Shown here: one piece after another, positions 55,795 to 64,000 of the stretch
Layout: every line of letters starts with the position of its first letter
How positions within the stretch are numbered: the first letter of the stretch is position 1
Sequence record: NC_054916.1
DNA length: 64,000 nucleotides
Source: Escherichia phage vB_EcoM-G28
Direction: 5' to 3' (one strand)
Notes under the pieces: generated by a model
Told to the model about the DNA's origin: nothing
Seen by the model: only the letters and a program-made list of their open reading frames with translations
The model's database searches: none
Position numbers and translations under genes: made by a program

Positions 55795-55947
55795 TCAATT
55801 AGTTGACTTTATTATAATATCATCAGACACTTGATTTGTAAACTGGTCTGTGTTATTTTCTTCAAAAATTTTTTCTACGAATTCCTTGAACGACTCACGT
55901 TCCTGAGCTACATTATGCTCGATTACCATTTCAAGATTATGACTCAT
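55795..55947 (-). CDS. Small acidic ORF (about 50 aa) coupled to the arn stop
   Basis: Hand-translated; ATG overlaps the arn TGA (ATGA); not in ORF track. Confidence 0.3.
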   Translation of the reverse strand: MSHNLEMVIEHNVAQERESFKEFVEKIFEENNTDQFTNQVSDDIIIKSTN

Positions 55948-56222
55948 TCGAAATAATCTTCAATTTCGTAATCATGGACATAAATCATTATAGTTTTTAA
56001 TACATCATCAATACTTTTTCCTGGAGCTGGAATTACGTAAAAATAACCCGCCTTTGAGTTATCTTTATAAGTTCCAACCAAGAAATCATTATTCTCAAGA
56101 TGTAGTTCTTCAACTAATTCATTAACAATTGAGTTGTATAAATTTGGTAGAAACTTATATAGCTTTTCTAGAATATCAATTTTGATTGTATATTGAACCA
56201 CAGATTGAGAATCAATAATCAT
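55944..56222 (-). CDS. arn: Anti-restriction nuclease Arn (McrBC inhibitor)
   Basis: 92 aa acidic protein at the T4 arn position. Confidence 0.75.
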   Translation of the reverse strand: MIIDSQSVVQYTIKIDILEKLYKFLPNLYNSIVNELVEELHLENNDFLVGTYKDNSKAGYFYVIPAPGKSIDDVLKTIMIYVHDYEIEDYFE

Positions 56223-56305
56223 AGACCTTCCCCTTATGTTTCTGTTTGCGATTAGATTCTTTAAACGCTTTCTTCTTATCTTTATGGACAGAAGCTTTAT
56301 TAAAA

Positions 56306-56524
56306 TTATGTTTTGCGACTAAATTGTTCATAGTGCTGAATTACCTCTCTTAAACATTTGCATGTGAATGAAAACTTTTTAGCTACACCACATTCAAATA
56401 TATGTTCTCTTAAATCACGTGTATCAGTATATCCCATCTCAACGATAAAATGCCGTATTAGATTTTTATCTTTATCGTTGAGAGAATTAAAATAATCGGA
56501 TTTTGAATTAATTTCCCTGGCCAA
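56306..56524 (-). CDS. Hypothetical protein
   Basis: 72 aa ORF. Confidence 0.45.
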   Translation of the reverse strand: MAREINSKSDYFNSLNDKDKNLIRHFIVEMGYTDTRDLREHIFECGVAKKFSFTCKCLREVIQHYEQFSRKT

Positions 56525-56804
56525 ATTGAATCACCTTCAGTTGACGTTTTAGTTCTTTTATCATTTCTTCGTTCATCGCAATATAAAGATCGCGTAAAGC
56601 AGGTTTTAACATTCCATTTATTGGGGAACTAAATGGACATACATAATCTTTTCCTACGAGCTTTTTAGTGAATTCCATATCGCAGAACTTAAATCCTGGT
56701 TCATTGGTATAAATTCCCCAATTAGTTGACATCATTTTATTGGCATATTCCAATGCCTGGATTTGATTAGTAATTCCATCAATTTGAAACTTTTTAATAT
56801 TCAT
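56508..56804 (-). CDS. Hypothetical protein
   Basis: 98 aa ORF. Confidence 0.5.
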   Translation of the reverse strand: MNIKKFQIDGITNQIQALEYANKMMSTNWGIYTNEPGFKFCDMEFTKKLVGKDYVCPFSSPINGMLKPALRDLYIAMNEEMIKELKRQLKVIQFGQGN

Positions 56805-57265
56805 TAGTAAAGGTCCTCAGAGTAAAGTTCTTTTTCACTACCACCGCGTTCAATACGTACTTGTCCAGCGTAAGTTGCAATAATCATTGCTTCTTCACGT
56901 GTCCAATAATTACTATATTGGTCAATAAACCCTTGGTCATCATCACAAACTTGCTGAGTAACTAATTGAGGTTTAACTACATCTAAAACTGCTGCCATAT
57001 CTTTAGAATAATGACGAGCACCTGGAATAACAAGAGTTCGTCCATCTTTTAATTTAAAACGGTTGGCTGCGCAAACAATCCGTCGTTGATACTTTTGGTT
57101 TTCATCCCAGTATGCAGACTGCCAACAAATTTCAGGAACTTCTTTCAGAATATCTTCTTCTGTGCATTTATAACCATGTGCTTTAAATTTTTCAACAAGA
57201 CTTTCTGGAGTTTCACGAGATAAAGGAACATTCAGCATTTTTAAACGATTAATAAATGGATTCAT
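56804..57265 (-). CDS. Hypothetical protein
   Basis: 153 aa ORF. Confidence 0.55.
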   Translation of the reverse strand: MNPFINRLKMLNVPLSRETPESLVEKFKAHGYKCTEEDILKEVPEICWQSAYWDENQKYQRRIVCAANRFKLKDGRTLVIPGARHYSKDMAAVLDVVKPQLVTQQVCDDDQGFIDQYSNYWTREEAMIIATYAGQVRIERGGSEKELYSEDLY

Positions 57266-57591
57266 TTAAACCATCCTTTAATACGTTGCCACAAAGTTTT
57301 CTGTTGAGCTTTGTTAACACCAATTGAGCGAATAACTGGTTGAGATTCCTGGAATTCTTTATAATCAGCAAGGTAAATTTCGTAAGCTGAATCCGTAAAG
57401 GAACTTATAGCTGCCATGAAATTATTGCGAATGCCTACTGGAGCATCTTTACTTTCACGAATAATCATGTATTTACCAGTCTTAATCTTTACAATAGTTC
57501 CAAGATAAGCTCCATGATACCAGATGTCCCATCCTTCTTGAGTAGGTTCTGCACAACGACGAAGTTCATTAACAATTTCTAACTTGTTCAT
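57262..57591 (-). CDS. Hypothetical protein
   Basis: 109 aa ORF. Confidence 0.5.
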   Translation of the reverse strand: MNKLEIVNELRRCAEPTQEGWDIWYHGAYLGTIVKIKTGKYMIIRESKDAPVGIRNNFMAAISSFTDSAYEIYLADYKEFQESQPVIRSIGVNKAQQKTLWQRIKGWFK

Positions 57592-57601
57592 TATTTATTC
57601 C

Positions 57602-58237
57602 TCACAGTTCAGATGCTACGGTGATTACAGCTTCAATGTTTTCTGCTGAGCGTTTAATGTCAAGATACACATTACCGTTTTTAGCGATTTTACATGACAT
57701 TCCGATATCAGTAAATTTCTGAATATGATGTTCCATCATTTTGTATCCAAAAATTCGCATATTTCCATTGTTGTTAATTTCAAAATTACGAATTCCGTGA
57801 GTGCGTTTTTCTAAAATAGCGAGATAGTTACTACGATAAGTTTCAACCTTTTTAAGAACAAATCCATTTTCATCTAAAAGTTTTAACATAAAGTCTTTAT
57901 CTTCTTCCATATCAGAAGTAATTTCGCGAGCTTTACGAGTTGCTCGTTTTTTCAGCAGTTCAGGAGCGTTTTCCTGTGCGTATAAAGTTGCTGCATTTGA
58001 AATAATATCCTGGGCTTCACCAGTAATGATTAATCCATCACCAGATTTCTCTACCAGGCCTTTTTTAATCAATACCCCAATATTACTATTAACTACTGCA
58101 TTACCTAAATCTGGATGCACCTCACGAACTTCTGCAGCTGTAATGAAATCTTTCTTAGCAATGGTAATTAAAATCGCAGCAGTTTTTTCATTCAGAACAT
58201 CGTTAGAAGCTTTGATGATGTGAGTTACTTTAGACAT
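57602..58237 (-). CDS. motA: Middle transcription activator MotA
   Basis: 211 aa; sequence recognised. Confidence 0.92.
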   Translation of the reverse strand: MSKVTHIIKASNDVLNEKTAAILITIAKKDFITAAEVREVHPDLGNAVVNSNIGVLIKKGLVEKSGDGLIITGEAQDIISNAATLYAQENAPELLKKRATRKAREITSDMEEDKDFMLKLLDENGFVLKKVETYRSNYLAILEKRTHGIRNFEINNNGNMRIFGYKMMEHHIQKFTDIGMSCKIAKNGNVYLDIKRSAENIEAVITVASEL

Positions 58238-58277
58238 TTTCTAATCTCCGTAATTCTGTATCAGTAGTTGATAGTTG

Positions 58278-58308
58278 TATAGTACCACAGTATGCTTTGG
58301 TTGTAAAC
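58278..58308 (-). promoter_or_regulatory. Early promoter for motA (-35 GTTTACA, -10 TGgTACTAT)
   Basis: 17-nt spacer, A/T-rich UP-like region upstream. Confidence 0.6.
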
Positions 58309-58320
58309 CGTTTTGTGAAA

Positions 58321-58359
58321 AATTTTTTGAAATAAAAAAGGGAGAGCCGAGGCTCTCCC
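58321..58359 (-). terminator. GGGAGAGCC-GA-GGCTCTCCC hairpin with U-run
   Basis: 9-bp stem followed on minus strand by TTTTTTATTTC. Confidence 0.7.
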
Positions 58360-58364
58360 TAAAA

Positions 58365-58514
58365 TTACTGCATGACTGTGATAACTGTCATGATAACACG
58401 TTGAATGCCGAACGCAAGAAGACCTCCTGCTACGGCTGGAACAACACCTATCCCCGCTAGTAAAATGCCGCCAGATACTAATGCCGCGCTTGTAATACCA
58501 ATGAATGGACTCAT
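58365..58514 (-). CDS. Small hydrophobic protein (49 aa) coupled to gene 52
   Basis: Hand-translated MSPFIGITSAALVSGGILLAGIGVVPAVAGGLLAFGIQRVIMTVITVMQ; ATG overlaps the gene 52 stop. Confidence 0.5.
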   Translation of the reverse strand: MSPFIGITSAALVSGGILLAGIGVVPAVAGGLLAFGIQRVIMTVITVMQ

Positions 58515-59839
58515 TTGATTTCCTCTAAATCTTTAGTGTATTCTGTAACTACATCAGTAGTTTTCCAATATTCGTTTTCTTCTTTCTTAGCTTTAGCTTC
58601 TTCAGCAAGTTTCTTTGCTTCATCAGAAGTCATATGAAAAATATTCATTCCGACTAGTTTATCAACATAAGAAGAATACATCTCAATTTTAGAAAGTTCT
58701 TCGGTCAGTTCTTTACGAGTTTTACCCTGTACAACGATTTCACCTGAAATTACTTTCTTAATGAAATGCGCCTTGGCAAAGGCTAAACGAAATGCTGATT
58801 CAGTTTCTTTGATTTTGTTATTAATTCGTTTTTGGACATAAGTTTTACGAACTTCAACGAAGTCTTTGATTAAATCAACTACGTTGTCATAAACTTGCAG
58901 CTTTCCTTTCTCGTTGATGACTGTAATATTCTGAGAACGACGCTCAATCAACCCGAAGTCTTTCATGATTTTTGCATGGCGTTCTTCTTCGTTATCGCTC
59001 AAAGAGTATTCTTTGCGGAATTTAACTTTAAAGCCAAAGCCATGCTCACCACAAGCATCATCCCATGTAATGAAGCCTTTATCTTCAAGCGGGTCTAAGA
59101 TTTTACTTACATAAGTTTCACGATCATACTTATACGGAATCTCAGTGATATGCATTTGAGTTCGTGAAGTAAACTTATATGTTCCACGAATTTCATACTG
59201 CCCATCAATTTCAACGACTTCACCACGAAATTCTGGGAATTCTACCTTCGGTTTAGTTACTTTCTTTCCTTGAAGAGCTTGCAGTACAGCTTTCTTGACA
59301 GAAGAAACACTATGAGGAAGAATGTAAGTTGCATAACCAGTTGCAATACCGGAAACGCCATTAAGAAGAACAGTAGGAATAATAGGCAAATAGAAAGCAG
59401 GCGGAATGTGTTCTTTATCTTGATGTACCGGAGCATATTCAGTATCTTTATATACGTTATAGAAATTTTTACTTACACGAGCAAAAATATAACGACTTGC
59501 TGCTGCCTTTTGGACAGTACGAGAACCGAAGTTTCCTTGACCATCTAACAAAGGAAAGTTATTATTCCAAGTATTAGCCATCAAAGCGCCTGCGTCTTGT
59601 GCAGAGTTTTCGCCATGATGATATCCAAGGTCCGCTACACCACCTGCAATAGAAGCGAGTTTGTGAAACTTATCTTTATTTCCTCGTGCCAAATCAAGAG
59701 CTCGAGCAATAACAAATCGTTGAACTGGCTTAAATCCATCAATCATATTTGGGATAGCACGATTTTCAACCGTGTACATAGCATAAGCCAATGCTTCATT
59801 ATCAATGATACTTTTTAAATCGCGATTATTCAGTTGCAT
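58511..59839 (-). CDS. 52: DNA topoisomerase II medium subunit gp52
   Basis: 442 aa; synteny and sequence. Confidence 0.9.
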   Translation of the reverse strand: MQLNNRDLKSIIDNEALAYAMYTVENRAIPNMIDGFKPVQRFVIARALDLARGNKDKFHKLASIAGGVADLGYHHGENSAQDAGALMANTWNNNFPLLDGQGNFGSRTVQKAAASRYIFARVSKNFYNVYKDTEYAPVHQDKEHIPPAFYLPIIPTVLLNGVSGIATGYATYILPHSVSSVKKAVLQALQGKKVTKPKVEFPEFRGEVVEIDGQYEIRGTYKFTSRTQMHITEIPYKYDRETYVSKILDPLEDKGFITWDDACGEHGFGFKVKFRKEYSLSDNEEERHAKIMKDFGLIERRSQNITVINEKGKLQVYDNVVDLIKDFVEVRKTYVQKRINNKIKETESAFRLAFAKAHFIKKVISGEIVVQGKTRKELTEELSKIEMYSSYVDKLVGMNIFHMTSDEAKKLAEEAKAKKEENEYWKTTDVVTEYTKDLEEIK

Positions 59840-59843
59840 AAAT

Positions 59844-59984
59844 TTACCATACTAGTGAATGTAGTGCCATAATAACATCAGAAATGAAAAGCACGACTTG
59901 AATTAATCCGAACATTACTCCATAATATAGTGCTACCAATAAAGCAGCAAGGGCTACCGAGTAGCCCAAGATTTTCTTAATCAT
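59844..59984 (-). CDS. Small hydrophobic protein (46 aa)
   Basis: Hand-translated membrane-like ORF upstream of gene 52. Confidence 0.4.
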   Translation of the reverse strand: MIKKILGYSVALAALLVALYYGVMFGLIQVVLFISDVIMALHSLVW

Positions 59985-60132
59985 TAGATAACAACGCAAA
60001 TGTTAAATATGCACACATACCCTGAGCTAAAGCTTGCGAAAATACACTGCTAGCATCTATACAGATAGTTAAAACACATGCTACTATCCAACAAATAAAT
60101 GAAATAACTCCTAATAATTTTGCAATATTCAC
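59977..60132 (-). CDS. ac: Candidate Ac (acridine sensitivity) membrane protein, 51 aa, GTG start
   Basis: 51-codon hydrophobic ORF between stp and gene 52 with GAGGAAAA SD; GTG start is an inference. Confidence 0.4.
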   Translation of the reverse strand: MNIAKLLGVISFICWIVACVLTICIDASSVFSQALAQGMCAYLTFALLSND

Positions 60133-60139
60133 ATTTTCC

Positions 60140-60220
60140 TCACTGGCGTCCGAAGACGCCTTTAGTTTTAAGATTGTTACGATAGAACTGCATCACATGT
60201 TCGTTATGGAAATTACTCAT
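60140..60220 (-). CDS. stp: Stp peptide (26 aa)
   Basis: Hand-translated [26 protein letters not shown]; ATG overlaps the ndd stop (TAATG). Confidence 0.8.
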
Positions 60221-60675
60221 TAATATGCCTGCAAAACAAATTTAAAGTTATCAGCCAACATACGGTTCATTTCTTCAAGTGTTTGATACTCAGAATGATG
60301 ATTACGAGTAAACGCTAAAGCTAACTGACCCTTTCCAAATCCCGTCGTCAGAGGTTTAATCTTAGAAGAAGGTAGATAAAATACTGTGTATGGAACATTG
60401 TTATTTGCAATAGTACGCGCAAGCTGAGACCGACGCTGACGAATATGACTTAGAACTGCACTGAATCCTTGCTTAGAACGCTGATTACCTACATAAAACC
60501 GCGCAGATACACACGGACTATCAAATGGACCACCAAATTTGCTCACTAAAAAGTAAAATCCAGGGTTAGACAAAATGTCTTTATGCGGAGTTCCAAAAAC
60601 CCATTCACCGCCCTTGATTGTACCAATAACAGTTGCGCCTGCATTATTCAAATCAGTAACAGTCATATATTTCAT
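60220..60675 (-). CDS. ndd: Nucleoid disruption protein Ndd
   Basis: 151 aa; synteny. Confidence 0.8.
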
Positions 60676-60734
60676 GTTAATTTCCTCTAATTATTTTCTA
60701 CTCCAAGGCCGCATGAATACATACGGCCGATAAA

Positions 60735-60950
60735 TTAATCGTCGCAGTCGACACTTAATTCCCAGAATTCTTCTACAGTATAAGTTTCAGTATCATTTTC
60801 AATACAGAAACGTTCATTACTGTTATTTGCTAAAGTAGCATTAACTGTCATTTTCTCGCTGGTGCTCTTAAGAGGCGAAATACGAATTAACTGATCACCA
60901 CTATCTAAGCAAAAAATTTCGCCAACTTTTACATCTTTAAAAATTTTCAT
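60735..60950 (-). CDS. Hypothetical protein (ndd.1 position)
   Basis: 71 aa ORF. Confidence 0.5.
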   Translation of the reverse strand: MKIFKDVKVGEIFCLDSGDQLIRISPLKSTSEKMTVNATLANNSNERFCIENDTETYTVEEFWELSVDCDD

Positions 60951-61065
60951 AATTCACCTCAAGGAGTATAAAATCCAAATGCGGTTGTTGACCATCCCAT
61001 CCAATATGGAAAATTTGCACCAATGTAAAACATAAGAATATAAAACCAAATGCTTAGTAAATTCA

Positions 61066-61284
61066 TTATTTTACACCATTCCAAATTGTTTCAACCACAG
61101 ATTTTAAGCCATTTTGATGAATGTCCATTCCGACAACTGCCATCAAATAGATTCCAACCACAACTGAACCTAAGGCGAAAATCAGCATGAAAATGAATAA
61201 AGCTGGAAAAATATTATCGAAAAACCATTCCATAAATGTAAAAGCACTGCGTTTACGCTTCATATTTTCCTCACATAAATCCAA
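61066..61284 (-). CDS. Small membrane protein
   Basis: 72 aa ORF with hydrophobic core. Confidence 0.45.
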   Translation of the reverse strand: MDLCEENMKRKRSAFTFMEWFFDNIFPALFIFMLIFALGSVVVGIYLMAVVGMDIHQNGLKSVVETIWNGVK

Positions 61285-61384
61285 AGTAAGCGTTTAATAC
61301 ATCAATCATTAAAACGATTGGGAATATACTTAAAACTACTAGTATTATAACTACATTCCATATAGCTTTAACAATCTTTTTCAT
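61271..61384 (-). CDS. Small membrane protein (37 aa from MKKIVKAIW)
   Basis: Trimmed to ATG downstream of the early promoter; GGAGGAACAG SD. Confidence 0.45.
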   Translation of the reverse strand: MKKIVKAIWNVVIILVVLSIFPIVLMIDVLNAYFGFM

Positions 61385-61410
61385 TTTCTGTTCCTCCGTA
61401 GTTGATAGGG

Positions 61411-61442
61411 TAATAATACCACAGAGGAACAGTCTTGTAAAC
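61411..61442 (-). promoter_or_regulatory. Early promoter (-35 TTTACA, -10 TGgTATTAT)
   Basis: Minus-strand match with 17-nt spacer. Confidence 0.5.
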
Positions 61443-61627
61443 AACTTTTTTAAAAATATTCGTAATAAATGTGAATGCCAATCACTACTGCCGAAACTTG
61501 CGCAACCCACCATGCACAAGCAATAAGTACAGAATTCAAAATTTTCATAATAACCTCATCACAAAAGTAAATGTTAAACAAATTAATGGAATACTAATTA
61601 ACCAAATAAAACACCACCACAATGAAC

Positions 61628-61900
61628 TCATAGTTCAATCTCAGCGATTTTCATTTCATTACTATTAATAGCCGCTTTAAGACTATCTGAAAGAATTACA
61701 TCCCAGTGGTCATTCATATGACCATTAACTAAGCGTGTAATTTCTTCGGAAGTTGAAAAATAAGGCGTATCAGATTCCCAGTGCGATAGTCCCAAGCGAG
61801 TATAAATCATGCCTTCATCATCGCTAGAATATTCAACTGACACAAACTCATCAGTTATTTTATGTTTAGCGTAATAAAATTTAAATTTCATTTTACTCAA
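61628..61900 (-). CDS. Hypothetical protein
   Basis: 90 aa ORF. Confidence 0.5.
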   Translation of the reverse strand: MSKMKFKFYYAKHKITDEFVSVEYSSDDEGMIYTRLGLSHWESDTPYFSTSEEITRLVNGHMNDHWDVILSDSLKAAINSNEMKIAEIEL

Positions 61901-62103
61901 TAATCCGCTAAAAGATCGACGATTGCATCACGAAGACACTTATTCGCAATACGTTTAAGAGCAATTTCAGTTTCTGGAGCATTTTGAATAATCATTGAAT
62001 TCAATTCAGCCTCAGCAAACTGAAGTTCTTTGACTAATTCAGCTTTATATTTTCCTTGCCCTTTCTTAGCTTTTGCTCGTTTTAATTCAGCCGTAGTAAA
62101 CAT
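61897..62103 (-). CDS. Hypothetical protein (68 aa from MFTTAELKR)
   Basis: Start moved to ATG downstream of the promoter at 62138-62167. Confidence 0.5.
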   Translation of the reverse strand: MFTTAELKRAKAKKGQGKYKAELVKELQFAEAELNSMIIQNAPETEIALKRIANKCLRDAIVDLLADY

Positions 62104-62137
62104 TTTATTCTCCAAATCCGTATCAGTTGATAGTTGT

Positions 62138-62167
62138 ATAGTACCACAGTCCTTGTGGTTTGTAAAC
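62138..62167 (-). promoter_or_regulatory. Early promoter (-35 GTTTACA, -10 TGgTACTAT)
   Basis: Near-identical to the motA and 41598 promoters. Confidence 0.55.
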
Positions 62168-62183
62168 CGTTTTGTGAAAATTT

Positions 62184-62741
62184 TTAAATGGAAAGATACC
62201 ATCCGTTGTAGTTGCTTTTTCTTACAACTTTACGAAGGTCTTCTCTATCACCGATGAACTTCGGAGTGTACTGGATGACACCTGGATGAATTTCTTTAGT
62301 GTTGAATATAATTATACAGTCAGCGACTTGGTGATTCAGAATGGGCCCTAGATTTATTCCAGAACCGTATGGATACTCTCCGCTGCATCCGGTTGTTACC
62401 GAAATCCAACGTGAGTCAGTTTGATGTGTTTTGACTTCTACACGAAGCCCGCAGTATTTTGGATGCGCCAGTACATCCCATGCATATGTATACGGGTCAT
62501 TAACATCCTCTTGTCCTTTGTTAACATATCCGCTTAGCCAATCTGCTACAAAAAACTCTGCGTACACCGCAATACGGCATCTTTCGATAACTTCTGCTTT
62601 ATCCTGATTAGGATTTTGTTTTAAAGAGTATCTTGCTGTATCAGCAATTTTGACCTTCATTTCACTAGTCAAGTCATTGTTCGATAGGGTAAATGTCGGA
62701 ATCTGAAATAGTCTTTGTAAACCCGGATTCGTTTTCTGCAT
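62184..62741 (-). CDS. denB: Endonuclease IV
   Basis: 185 aa; synteny next to rIIB. Confidence 0.8.
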   Translation of the reverse strand: MQKTNPGLQRLFQIPTFTLSNNDLTSEMKVKIADTARYSLKQNPNQDKAEVIERCRIAVYAEFFVADWLSGYVNKGQEDVNDPYTYAWDVLAHPKYCGLRVEVKTHQTDSRWISVTTGCSGEYPYGSGINLGPILNHQVADCIIIFNTKEIHPGVIQYTPKFIGDREDLRKVVRKSNYNGWYLSI

Positions 62742-62827
62742 TAAACTTTCCTTTTACGTCGGAATCACTGATGTTAATATAATAAATCATAGTTTCCCTT
62801 AAAACAAAAGGGCCGAAGCCCTTTACT

Positions 62828-63022
62828 TTATTTGAATTGTGCAATTCTTTTCTCTAAACAATCTGCGTAAGATTTCATTGAGATAAATTGTGAAAGCAAC
62901 AGTTCTTGCTCAACTTCATTAATCGTTAGAAACTTTGTGCTTTCTAAAAATTTGCTCAGTGCATTAATTTTGAGCATTAATTGATCGTATTCTTCTTTTA
63001 CTCGTGCTTGATAACCTAACAT
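62828..63022 (-). CDS. Hypothetical protein (denB.1 position)
   Basis: 64 aa ORF flanked by GGGCCGAAGCCC hairpins. Confidence 0.5.
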   Translation of the reverse strand: MLGYQARVKEEYDQLMLKINALSKFLESTKFLTINEVEQELLLSQFISMKSYADCLEKRIAQFK

Positions 63023-63050
63023 AATTTTCCTTAGTTAAGGGCCGAAGCCC

Positions 63051-63989
63051 TTATTTAAATTGTTCAGTAACGTCTTCAACTACTTCGTATTGGCAGGTAC
63101 GCATTTTAGCATCGTTGTAATCAATCGGAATTGATACTACATCGCGCGGATGTACTTTAACTTTTACAACTCGGCTGGTTGAACCACCGAAGTGACGAAT
63201 ATAAGATTTAGAACACACATGCAGACCACGAGAACAAGTTTGTGTATCATCGTCATTCACACGAATACGCGGCATTTTAACTACTTTACCAGGACTGTTA
63301 TCAAAGGTATTTGAGTGACAGTCAAAGTAATTATTGCGAACTACTTTCCAAGCATAGAAGTAACCATCTTCTGTAATTTCAATATCGTTTGCTACCAAGA
63401 AATCAAAAAGTCGAGATACCGCTTTCTGGCTTGGGTTTTCCAGCAGATTTTCCAAGAACGGAAAATAAAATTCAAAGTTTTCGCCTTTTTCCATCGAATC
63501 AAGAATACGATCAACCAAACCAGACCGCAATTCAATATTTTGATAGAATAAGCTTCCACCTTCAATTCGAACATCGCCGGAAATATATTTTTCAACAGCG
63601 CGACGAACATTAATTTTTTGTGCCGCTTCTTCCAGCTTATCCGCTACAAGCAGATTGAGAATTTCCTGGAAGTTTGAATGAGTATTAGGTGTTGCATTAT
63701 AAGTTACACCATCGACAGTAATCGAAATGAATTTTTTAGATGCATTCCAAATAATGTCAGATTTAGTAACTGGAGCAATAACTGCATCGCTATTAACTTT
63801 AACTGTAATATCACCGCTAATAGTAACTTTAGAGCGTTTAGCTTCTTCAGCATTTTTCAAAACACGACGGATTGTATCAACCGATACACCTTGCCAATCA
63901 GCCAATTCCTGCTGAGTATAATTACCGCTTGAATACAGTTTAACAATTTCAGCTTGTTCGTTTTTGGTCAGGCATTTAATATTGTACAT
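63051..63989 (-). CDS. rIIB: rIIB (rapid lysis / rex exclusion membrane-associated protein)
   Basis: 312 aa; sequence recognised as T4 rIIB. Confidence 0.92.
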   Translation of the reverse strand: MYNIKCLTKNEQAEIVKLYSSGNYTQQELADWQGVSVDTIRRVLKNAEEAKRSKVTISGDITVKVNSDAVIAPVTKSDIIWNASKKFISITVDGVTYNATPNTHSNFQEILNLLVADKLEEAAQKINVRRAVEKYISGDVRIEGGSLFYQNIELRSGLVDRILDSMEKGENFEFYFPFLENLLENPSQKAVSRLFDFLVANDIEITEDGYFYAWKVVRNNYFDCHSNTFDNSPGKVVKMPRIRVNDDDTQTCSRGLHVCSKSYIRHFGGSTSRVVKVKVHPRDVVSIPIDYNDAKMRTCQYEVVEDVTEQFK

Positions 63990-64000
63990 AATTTTCCTTA

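Noticed and set aside
60949-61056. Possible ~35-aa hydrophobic ORF between ndd.1 and the downstream membrane protein gene
   Set aside because: My hand translation gave inconsistent coordinates (frame length not a multiple of three), so I could not support it.

Overview
The window is a collinear ~64 kb segment of a T4-like (T-even, Tequatrovirus-type) myovirus genome, running from the 3' end of capsid gene 24 to the start of rIIB. Gene order and many protein sequences match the classical T4 map: head decoration (hoc, inh), RNA ligases (rnlB, rnlA), recombination/repair (uvsW, uvsY), baseplate (25, 26, 51, 27, 28, 29, 48, 54), ADP-ribosyltransferase alt, DNA ligase 30, rIII, co-chaperonin 31, cd, pseT, spanin-like pair, alc, denA, nrdB/nrdA, td, frd, 32, 59, 33, dsbA, rnh, long tail fibre genes 34-38, holin t, asiA, arn, motA, topoisomerase 52, ac, stp, ndd, denB, rIIB. 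Gene identities rest on my recognition of the translated ORFs plus synteny; no search was run. Departures from the canonical T4 arrangement, as I recall it, are: (1) td is split by a short 445-nt group I intron whose I-TevI reading frame is reduced to a 55-codon remnant; (2) a perfect 351-bp tandem duplication at the alc/rnlA junction; (3) an extra free-standing HNH endonuclease gene translationally coupled to uvsW, paralogous to the mobE-like gene between nrdA and nrdB; (4) two tandem Alt-family ADP-ribosyltransferase genes; (5) a Hoc with four Ig-like domains; (6) a T2/T6-type gp37/gp38 adhesin module with a GGC trinucleotide tract; (7) nrdB is uninterrupted. I found no tRNA, rRNA or CRISPR array. 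I see no wholly new multi-gene system; the most interesting signals are the mobile-element and rearrangement features listed above.
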